The notes below the pieces were generated by a model. It searched no databases. It was not told the origin of the DNA and worked only from the letters and a program-made list of their open reading frames with translations. A DNA stretch of 64,000 nucleotides from Blepharisma stoltei ATCC 30299 (taxonomy: Eukaryota > Protista > Ciliophora), in assembly GCA_965603825.1 (NCBI GenBank), contig CBFDEM010000020.1, positions 806,001-870,000 of the forward strand. The letters are read 5' to 3'. Below are positions 12,869 to 23,508 of the stretch, one piece after another (the first letter of the stretch is position 1; every line of letters begins with the position of its first letter). The translations under genes were made by a program, and so were the position numbers.

Positions 12869-12956
12869 GTAAGAAAATTAGAGGATAAACGAAAATTCTT
12901 GGATTAATTTTTAAGATTTAGGCTATTGGGTAAAATTATTTAGAAAATTAAATTGT

Positions 12957-13012
12957 ATATACGGCCTTCCTATAGATGGCGCGCAATGCGCCATCTATAG
13001 GAAGGCGTATAT
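12957..13012. repeat. GC-rich inverted repeat (19-bp perfect stem, 5-nt loop, outer 6-bp arm after a 1-nt bulge)
   Basis: gccttcctatagatggcgc (12964-12982) / gcaat / gcgccatctataggaaggc (12988-13006); outer arms atatac (12957-62) and gtatat (13007-12). Confidence 0.95.
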
Positions 13013-13676
13013 TAACTACTTCAAATTTCATGTATGAATTGAAGAAGGCAGCTTTTTGGCTTTGGCTTGCCTGCTGCGACTGTTGAGAAAATTTTGAACT
13101 GATTCTACTCTTTGATTTTAAATCCAGGCTTTTTACCTTGTAAACCGGTCGTAATAGACCCTGAAATTGTGCTAATTAAGTCTTGGACATATATATTTTT
13201 ATAGTAATTAAAAAGGCTTAATACTCTTATATCATCAACAAATAAGCAGCATTCATATATAAAATTATATTTTCCTCATGCCATTCAGCTAGCTCCCGTT
13301 TTTTGATCTTGCTCTAGCTTTCTTTGATGCTGTTATTGCATCTCCTAAAAATCTTCTGCTTCAGCCTTTGAAGCTTTCAGGCCGGACATCATGTCCCTTA
13401 TTCTATTTTTGACTTTTTTCTTACCGAACCCTTACTTCTTCTGCATTAGTACGTTTAATATTATCGCCTGGCGCGTAGCCAGAATAATTATTCTTGTATC
13501 TTTGTATATATGTGGAAATCAGTAAGGCCCTCGTCTGGCATCATTTTTCCCACCCTTAGAAGTCAAAATTTCATCCAAAAAAATCTTCACCTAATATTTC
13601 AGATATCAAAAAATTTCTTATTTTTGCCTCTGACTCATTATTTATTATAATTTTCTTGACTATGATTTGCACTAAA

Positions 13677-14471
13677 ATGAGAGCATTAAGAAGACTCTTC
13701 GCAACAGTTGATTTTGGCTCTCGTGAAGTCCCTAAAGAAGAAAAGCAAAAACTAGTCAATGAAGTCTTTACCAGAGTTGCTGAAAAGTATGACATAATGA
13801 ACGACGCCATGAGTTTGGGGATTCACCGACTTTGGAAGGACCAGTTTATCAGCGACATGGGAAATTTCCACACAAATTCCAATCTTTCATTTCTTGATGT
13901 CGCCGGTGGGACAGGAGACATTGGCTTTAGGATTGTGGAGAAGCTAAAGCAAGATATCCCTAGTTTTTACAGTGGAAATCAAACATGGGATCTTACCATT
14001 TCAGACATCAACGCAGAAATGCTAGAAGTTGGAAAACAAAGAGCCTCTGCATTGGGATATAATATTAACTGGGTACAAGCTAATGCTGAAGAGCTCCCAT
14101 TTGAAGACAACAAATTTGATTTTTATACAATTGCATTTGGGATCAGAAATGTCACTGATAGACTAAAAGCACTAAAAGAAGCCAAAAGAGTGCTGAAACT
14201 TGGAGGCAGGTTTATGTGTCTGGAATTTTCAAAAATTAATTACCCTGTATTAGACCAGGTTTATTCGCTTTACTCACAAAATGTTATACCTGCCATGGGG
14301 AAAATTATTGCAAATGATAGAGACTCTTATCAGTATTTGGTTGACAGCATTGAGAAGTTCCCGAGCCAAGAAGAGTTTGCGGCATTGATGAATAATGCTG
14401 GGTTTGAATATATCACACATAGAGATCTCACGTTTGGAGTTGTTGCCATTCATTCTGGAATTAAACTTTAA
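13677..14471 (+). CDS. COQ5: Ubiquinone biosynthesis C-methyltransferase COQ5/UbiE
   Basis: VFTRVAEKYDIMNDAMSLGIHRLWK, LDVAGGTGDI, IAFGIRNVT, YQYLVDSIEKFP. ATG 13677 (aaaATG) is preferred over TTG 13656 or ATG 13662. Confidence 0.95.
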   Translation: MRALRRLFATVDFGSREVPKEEKQKLVNEVFTRVAEKYDIMNDAMSLGIHRLWKDQFISDMGNFHTNSNLSFLDVAGGTGDIGFRIVEKLKQDIPSFYSGNQTWDLTISDINAEMLEVGKQRASALGYNINWVQANAEELPFEDNKFDFYTIAFGIRNVTDRLKALKEAKRVLKLGGRFMCLEFSKINYPVLDQVYSLYSQNVIPAMGKIIANDRDSYQYLVDSIEKFPSQEEFAALMNNAGFEYITHRDLTFGVVAIHSGIKL

Positions 14472-14612
14472 GTTATGGCTAGCTAAAAATAAAGTATCTT
14501 ATTGATCTAAGTATTTAATAGTAGTAGCTACTAAGGAGCTGATAATTAAATATTAAATTGCTTGGCTACATAATGATCATAGAATAGTGCATAAAGTTAA
14601 AATTTATAATAT

Positions 14613-17600
14613 TTAAGCTCTTTTTTTATCCTCGTGGCCTGGAATAACTTCATTTTCAGTAGTGAACCTTTTAAAATATTTTCCACACCCCTTCAGACCC
14701 CGGCAAATTGAATTTCCACATTTTTTATCAATTCATGCAATTATTAAAGGTAGGATTATACCATTCGTAAACAAAAATAAAATCAATGCTTTTGTTATAT
14801 AGTCTAAATATGCACTCAAATTATTTAGAGAGTGTTTTTGCATTTTCGATAGCGAATAACAAAATTCAGCAACTATCATTACCCAGCTCATAATAAATCC
14901 TAAAATGACACTTGTATTCCAACCCTCATCTAATTTGTTTTTCTTGAACTGGGTGCTTAAAACATTATATCTGAAAAACAGCTTTAATATCAATGGTATC
15001 AGCCCAAAAAGAACTGAAAGTAAGAAAATAACAAGTTTTTGCTCTTTAAAAATGATAATCAAGTCTACTTCTTTATTTATATACCGCATGTTATTATCAA
15101 AAGCTGAAATAGCAATAGTGATTTCTGTCAGCACCGCAACTAATAAATAAGTAAGCCTAAACTCTCGTGGGGAGTTCAAGTTAGTGAATCCTCAAACTCC
15201 TAAAATATCATTGTGCATCATAAAATACTCTATAAAACGTTTGTTGAAAGTAACGTTATTTATGTTTTCATTTTCAATTGCTGTCATTGCTTTAGATAAA
15301 AGCGTTGAAGACTCATCTTCAAATTTGTCTTCATTGTGTGAAGGATTACCTACAATTATACCAATATCTTCAATGTTAAGGGCACTTTCACCTGCTTCTT
15401 TATTATTATCAATGGTTTCTGATTTTTTAGGTGAGCTAGAATGCTTATTAGGGTTCTCTTTTAGTTCTTCTTCAATAAAAGTTTGGTCTATGCTAGGCGA
15501 TTGATTCAATATGTACCTGGATTCAGCTGGAATCTGTGGTGGATCAAGAGGAATCGCTTTTTTCTCTAAGAATCTTAATGCGATTTTATTCAATCTTTTT
15601 AGTGAATTCGTCAAATTTATGTGTGATGTGCTTGCCAATTGAATTTCGGCATATTTATAAGGATCATTCATTAAGTCTTTGTCAATATTCAATTTTTCCG
15701 TATTATTTTTTTCTTCAATTAAATTCTTGAGTTCTTTATTGTCGAGATTTTTATTTGTGCCTTTTTTTATCAAGGCTATTATAGCAGCACATCTTATTAT
15801 ATCAGCTATGTCTTGAAACTTAAATTTTCTTTTATATCATCTAATAGCTTCGCCTAATTTTATCATTTCAATTATTCAGTGTTGCTTTTTAAACAATTCT
15901 TCTACTTTATCTTTAAATTTTTCACAGTTTTCTCATAAAACCTTCATCACTATTTTTAGATCATCAAAATTTTGTATATCAATGCAATTTTCAATATAGT
16001 TTTTTACATTTTTTGGAGTCAGCAAGTTATGGATTATAATTTCGTCTTTCATTAAACTTTCTAATTTTGTCTTTATGTTTTCTTTAAGTTTATAATAGAT
16101 CTGATTACTATTTTCATATTCTTTATCTTCATCATAATACTGCTTTTCCCTATTTCATATTTCCAAGAGATTTTCCCAGTTTTCATTTTCAGTACAAATA
16201 GCGTTGATTTCTGCAATGATAGCTTTATTAGCTTCTAATACTTTCTTTTTTAAATCTTCTCCATAGAACTTATCATATATTTTAACATCTTTTCTTGCAA
16301 TTAGGTATAAAACTATGAAGAATCCATAGATAGCATATGCAGGAATAGTACCAACAGTAGGAATATCAAGCTGAGTTATTTCTAGAGTTCTTTCTTTCAA
16401 AATAGATCAAATACTTGGATAAGGAAGAACTCCAACAAGCCCTGCAATGTCACAATAGCATGAAGCGATTCCATTTTCTTTCAAAGCTGTCCTGCAAAAT
16501 TTAAATGAGAATTTTTTTATATTCATATCATAAACAGCACAAGTTGGACTCAAGCTTTTATCAACAATCTCATAAGAGACCTTATTATTTACTTCAGCAA
16601 TTTCAGAGCTCTCTAGTACTGGGTTAATTAAAGTCCCAGTATTTTTAGATATACTAGATTGTACCAAGTTTGTCGTAAATTCATTTGAATAAGAATAAAG
16701 TTTGCTTACAGTAATATTTGAGATCACAATTGACCCATCACGATACTCAACATTTTCTGAAGCAACATAAGAGTGATTAGCATAATATTGAAAAGAATCA
16801 GATATGTTATCTAGTGGAGCAACTGAAAGAATTGATAAAAAATATGTTGTTGAGTCAGAGTTTTTAGAAGTATCTATTTTAATCTGAGCTGAACTTTCTC
16901 CTGAAGGGGAATCAAACTCAATACTGTTCATTGCTGATTTACCATCAACAGAAAGAGTAGTTGAGTTGTATTTTTGGCCTTTATATTTTATAGGACTTTC
17001 GTTTGGATTTGTGGTCATTAAGTACTTTAAACTTCCTTCACTATAAGTTTGGTTGATAAGTCTAAAAAGATCTGTTTCTGATATAGAAGAGTTATCTTTA
17101 TTGTTAATTAATTGTGTCTGAAGGCTGTCAAGCAGCTTATCAAGAGTATAAAGAGTTGTGTTGTAGGTATGGAAATCAAGAGTTTTTGTGTGGTTCAAAG
17201 CTTGGCTATGTGTGCTGTGAATGTCAAGCAAAAGATCTTTATCATAGGTTTCTGATTTTCCAAGTAAGGTGTGGACAGCATCAATTACAGTGCTGGATTC
17301 GGATAGTCCTGTGCTTGGCATTGAAGAATTCATCCACTTGTTTAGGGTTCCAACCAAGTTTTGGACACAAATAGTTAGGTTTTTTTGATCCTGGACATTA
17401 TGAAATGCATATGACGCTACAGAATTTATTGAAGAAATTATCATATTTGAATCCATTGTGTCAGCCCCATTATTCAGCAACACTTCTGATCTTTCTTTAG
17501 CATCCACATAATCAGTGTCCTTAATATTTACATAAGCTTCAACCTCACTAAAAGTCCCACGTGCATCATAAATTCTACCTATAAGTTTGGTCTTCCCCCT

Positions 17601-20600
17601 CTCTCCAAGCACTATCTGAAAGCTATTTCCCGTTGTTTTTGGGGTTAGCGCATAAATTCTGCCTTCTTTTTCCTTAAAAACTTGATAATAAAAAGGTTCA
17701 TCGCCTTCCAAGTCACTTCACCCTGCAAATAAAACATTAAAATGGCTGTCCAAAGCGCTGCCTTCACTCGGGTCTACTTCAAAAGTCCCTGAATTAGGCG
17801 GACAGTTTACATATCTTTTAATAGAAGCTTTAACAGGTACAAAAGAGACTGGATCGACTACTTTAATTTCAAATTCATAGTCAATTCCACAGAGCATGCT
17901 ATTTTCTTTAATTGTCATGCTAGGCTGGTTCAAAGGAGTTGCAGCTATAAAGGGGTGGCCATATTTTTCTATTCAATAAATTATCATCCTCAGAGAGTCA
18001 GGGACTTCAGCTATTAGTCTTACGGGTGATGAAGGGTCTAAATAAGGAAACTGTGATACAATGTAGACCCTTGGGATATTCCCTTCGACTACATTAAGCC
18101 AGTTGACTTCAGATTCATATTCAGGGTAATCTCGAAGCTTGATGGTAAATGAGCAATTAAATCGAGATTCTTTGTTAAATACGTTAAGTTTAAAAGAGTC
18201 TCCGGCAAGCTCAATAAATTCGCCATTTGAGCAGTCATGTTTTTTAATAAAGGCGAAGCCTGTATCTAGATTTATAGGTGCATTGTTATAGCTTGCAGTA
18301 ATGTTTACTGTGATATTTGAATTGGCATAGACGTAGGTGTTAACTCCATTTAGGACTATGTTTGGAGGTGGGAGGGTAGCAATTATTGTAGCATTTGCTG
18401 AGATCTTGTAGGTGTTGTCGTTAAAGAAGGCATCAACGATTAATAAATATTCTCCTTTTTGGGTAAATAAATAAGAGAACTCAATCCCTGTAGACTCATA
18501 GATTTTATTTCCTAATAGTAGTCTTGATATTGAACTATTGTATAAGCTTCACACAACACTATAGTTTGGGTCAAGACGGATTTTTGGGCTTTTTATTATT
18601 TGAAATTTAAGCTTAGATATCGTATCAGTTCTGAACTGAATATTAGGATCTTTTCATGCGCTAATTGCGACATCTTCAACTGTCATATTTACTGTAATAC
18701 TAGAAGAAGCCTGCTGGCCAAATTTGTCCGTCACAATTAAAGTGACATTAAATTGGCGATGCTTATCTGCTACATTGCAGCTTTCCAATGTGATATTTGC
18801 AATTCTCTGGGTATCATCTCCTGACCATAGCATAAAATCGCTTAAAACTCACTGATACTTTAGACTTCCCAAGCGTGTTGGAGATCTTGAGCCATCAAAA
18901 ATAACATTACATGAGCAGCAAACTTCAGGAATTGGCTCAATCAAAGATGTAGGCATAGGTGGATTTTTATATTTCCAAGGGATATTTAAATATTTAAAAT
19001 TTGTCTCATTATATTCACTAATAAATACTTTTTCTCTAAAAGTTATAGAATCTGTATGGTCATTTATATGGCCTACGTATATTAAAATTGCATTTATCCC
19101 AGTATATACGCAGTCAATGCTTTTTCCAATTGAGGAAATAGAATCTTGGGATAGTAATTTTTCACAAGCCACATGTGTGCAGTCTTCATCACTGCAGAGG
19201 TCATTATTAAATGATAGCCATTTATCTGGTAATACTTGAATATAATTGTAGCCTAAATAAAACACAACACCGAGACGTTCAGGCTGATTCATGAGGGAGA
19301 TAGAGAAATCGTCATAATAAACAGGAAACGTAATAGGATATATATATCCTTCATATTTCAGTTTAATTGTAATAGGACCGTTTTTATTATTGTAGCTTGG
19401 ATCTACAAATACTTTGAACGAGCATGTAAAGTTTTCGTTAAAAGGGCTGAAATCGCAAGAATTGCTACTAAAGGTTACATTATCATTGTCAATGAACTTT
19501 ATATTTTTCATCCATGGATGAATTGTATTAATAATAAAGTTATCACTTCACATGCCAACTTTAACCGTTGTATCTGGGAAAAAATGGATCCAGTATTTTT
19601 CTGTGCTATTTTCAAATGGAACTCTAATGCAAGATAATCTATCTAGAGATAAACAGTATTTGTCAATGCATTTGCATTTTTTGGCTCCATAAGCATAAGG
19701 GACACATTGGATGCAGAGGTTTTGCCCGAAATTAGGACAAACAGCACACAGAACGTCTTCACAAATATTGCATGTATCTTTTCTAATGCAACCTCTATCA
19801 CATGAAGAAAGACATTTTTCGCAAGATGGCTCTGATCCATTCCATATTTGATAATATTCGTCAATACTACAAAGCAGCAAGCAGGCTGAATCTTTTTCAA
19901 TCCCACAAATTTCATCATTAAACTCAAAAGAGAAATCAATCTTCTCAAAATTTCACATTTTAAATCTGTATAAAAATCCGTTGAAATACGATCGCGGGCT
20001 TTTCGCTAGAAAAATCTTGGAATCAGGAATATCTCTGAATAGTAAATTTTGAAAACTCCACAGATACATACTGATATCGTTTAAGAAGATACCTAAAGAG
20101 GTAGTTGAATTTACATAAGATACAGTAAATGAAATATAAGTTCACTCAGAAAAGTTCATGCCTGGAGTAGCAAACGTAAATTCTTTTAAATCCCTGTCTT
20201 GAAAAGTTATTGACAAAGACCCATTGCTTGCCAATAAAAGCCTATTTTCATGCTCTAAAACATCTCCTGTCCCTAAAACTCAAAATCAGCCGCCTATAGT
20301 AAAAATATGTCCTATATAAGTCGAGTTTTCAGTTTGGAAAAACATATTAACCCCATCATGATAGAAACCCCGCTGCTTTGTAGGAACTGGGTCATCTTTT
20401 TCATGGTTATTAAAATGATTGAAGGTCTCTTTGCTTGATCCGCTTATAAAAATTCCATAATTTTCACTAAAGCCTTTATTTGGGTCTATTTCTGTGACAA
20501 GGCAAGGCTGGCCTGAGCATTCATAATATCCAATTGGAGGCTCATCAAGACAAACTGTATCTACAAGAACACCCATGCTGCAATTTAAGCATTCAAAATG

Positions 20601-22760
20601 CCCATTATTATCGCAGACTGCACAATAATTATAATCACAATTTTCACAATAGTAATTTGAACTATTTTTAATAAAAAAAGCATTATCATCACAAATACAT
20701 TCATTGGTATATAAATTATGGGCAAGTTCTGCACAATGAAAACAAGTAGATTCTTCATAAGGCCCAGAGCAGTTGCGGCATAATTGGTCATAGCATAAAT
20801 TGCAGTTTGACTCTCGTATGCATCCTATGGAGCATGAAGATTCACAAGGGAAGCAAGTGCTGTTTTGGTTGTAAATGTAACTATAATCACAAAGAGGTAA
20901 TGAATTTAAAATTAAATCATTGCTCAAGTAGGCTAATATGTCTATTTCTCCAATAAAATACTGGAAAATATAAATATAGCCATCATAGCTACTATCTTGA
21001 TTCTTGCCTAAAAGGATATAAGATAATTCCTCATCTCTGAATAGTAGAGGATAATAGGAATATAAAAATAATAAATTTCTATTAGAGTATATCGATAATG
21101 TAGTAGTCGAATTGTAATAAGAAACAATTAATGTAAAATATGTCCAATTTTTAAGTGGAAAATCACTATGAGTAATAATATGTGTCAAATTATTTAATGG
21201 ATCTTGAAGAAAAATGCTTGCTTTGCCATTAGAATTGATACTTGTATTTCCTTTCTCAAAAAAGTCCCCATTTTTAGGATTGATACAAAATATTAGAGTA
21301 AAGCTACAAGATAAATAAGCCTCTTGGCTAGAATTCAAATATTTTCCATCACTAAAATACAATCCACGGCCTTCTATCGGGAAGGGGTCTATTATTTCTG
21401 GATTATTAAAAGGATGATAATAGTTTTTAAATTTCCCAGTCGTAAAAAACCCATATATTTCTTTATATTCTCCATCCCCTAATTGTGTATCAATCGCAAT
21501 ATAAGGCTTGTCTTTTTCGCTATCTCAGCCTGTTGGGACCCATTTTAAGCACACCCCATCAATTAATTGATAATTTCCTTCACATTTTTTGCAATCAAAA
21601 TAATTTACCGTCAAGCATTGGCTGCAAAAATTACTGTCACATAAATCACAAATGCTTGTAGTTTCATTAAAAAAAGTGTTTAAATTGCATTCACATACAG
21701 ATCCTGTGAGATTTCCTCTTGTTACACAGGTGTTGCAGACTGAAAAATGATTGCATGAATAGCATTCTTTGGTTTCGCACAAATTACATCTTTCTAGTGT
21801 TCGGCAGCCATGTGCACATTCACTTAAACAGTTTACACAGGTGCCATTATTATTGAATTCGTTAAATTCGCAGTCATCTGGACATGTAAAATCTGAAGCA
21901 CAAAATAAGCATCCTGACATACAGGATAAATCTTGTAAATAATCATTAAGCCCTTCATTTGGGTTGTCATAATATCCTATTTTATATAAAAAACCAATAA
22001 AAGATTGGCTTACTGCAGGATCGTTTCCAATAAACCCTATGCTGTGATCGCGATATAAGTCTGTAGAAGGTGTTTGATATTGACTAGCTATTACTCCGTT
22101 ATAAATAAGCTGAATATTTGTGAATCATTCATCGATAATTAAATTGCATGTGATGCTAATCTGATTCCAGTTCTTAAATAAGCTTTGCATATGTAGGCTT
22201 AAGTTATTCCCATTATGAAATAGCATATTTAAATAGATTTCCTGATGTGAGTCGATTGAAAGACTTAGTCATACTTTTGTGGAGTCTTTTTTAAGAAAAA
22301 TATTTCCATTTGAATATGGTTTTATCCAGAAAGAAACTGTAAATCAAGGCGAAAAATTAAATTTATCTGAAGTCATATACGAGTTTGTATGAAAATAATA
22401 TCCTCTTAAATAAGCAGGGATCGGATCATTTACATCAAAATCTGGGTATTTGTTTGTTTTATTTGACCCAATTTGAAAAATCCCATTCACATCCATTCCA
22501 AGAGTAAGTTGGTTTCCGAACGGAAATTGTGTGCTTTGTAGAGGAATAATAGGCAAGCAAAGATGATTCAAAAAGTAATAGCTAGGGTAGCATGAGTTGC
22601 ATTGATACCATCAAGCATTTCCAAAACAAGTTTTGCATCCTTCAAAACAGCCTACACAGCTATATCCAATCACTAAATACCCATTATCTGTAGCGCAAGT
22701 TAGTCAATCGCATTCTGCTTGTCTGAGTAAGATAAAAAGAGCAACCAGTAACTTTTTCAT
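14613..22760 (-). CDS. Giant polycystin-1/REJ-like surface receptor with Cys-rich and LamG-like repeats, REJ, GPS-like motif and TM segments (~2715 aa)
   Basis: Ten minus-strand ORF fragments (22344, 21525, 20286, 19548, 18849, 17718, 16407, 16155, 15192, 14733) are all in frame with ATG 22760. The junctions I checked are TGA and the stop is TAA at 14613. Signal peptide MKKLLVALFILL, furin-like CxxC repeats, REJ hallmark VNCPPNSGTFEVDPSEGSALDSHF..GW.D, GPS-like CAVYD...FC...SCYCD, then TM helices. Not every gap was translated base by base. Confidence 0.82.
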
Positions 22761-23195
22761 AACTCAATAAATGTTCTATAATTATGTCAAATTATAAAAT
22801 TCGAATTCAGATTATAATACAGACTAATTTTGAAGGAATAATAGAATAGATTATGACTGATTTTTATTTTATTAAATCGAGCTAAAGCTAAATAAAGCAT
22901 TGATATGAATTATAATTTTAGGAAATGCTTATGCTTTTTGGATTTTCTTTAAAACTGAGTACTTCTAAAGTAAGAATAGTTTTATTTTAAATATAAAAAT
23001 TCCTGAACTTGAAGCAGTCTGGAAAAAGATCCCATCCCATTTATTAGTAGATCATATGTACCATTTAGTTCTATTCATCCCTTATCACTATGATGTGGAC
23101 TTTAATATAATTAGGCTCAAATTTGTTAGAAAAACAGCCAAACCTTTTATCAAAACTTCCTTTTTCCACCGCCCCTATATTTAAATAAAACAAAT

Positions 23196-23429
23196 TTATC
23201 GTTTATTATTACCTAATAATTTTGAATATTTCGAACAAATTGAATAAGTAAAATCAGACGAATGAAAATTAGAATTTGAAACAATAAACAATTCCTCAGT
23301 TCTGCTTTCTCCATTTAGTGTCCTATTAAGATTTATAATAGAATTCGCAGATTCTAAATAATTTTTACCATCTTCTAAGTTAAATTCATATTCAGCTTGA
23401 TCTGTATTGCAACTGCACTTTGTTCCCAT
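23196..23429 (-). CDS. Putative 77-aa dually acylated microprotein
   Basis: Starts MGTKCSC (myristoylation Gly2 plus nearby Cys), ATG after an AT-rich leader, TAA stop. Confidence 0.5.
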   Translation of the reverse strand: MGTKCSCNTDQAEYEFNLEDGKNYLESANSIINLNRTLNGESRTEELFIVSNSNFHSSDFTYSICSKYSKLLGNNKR

Positions 23430-23508
23430 TCTATTATTTTATTATCAATTATTTAAATTTTTTACTCACATTTTGATTATCATGAAATACTAAATTTACC
23501 TAAATATA

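Noticed and set aside
14613-22760. Selenocysteine reading of in-frame TGA in the Cys-rich receptor
   Set aside because: TGAs across the window fall at Trp positions (e.g. REJ GW.D, IQ motif), not at Cys or redox positions.
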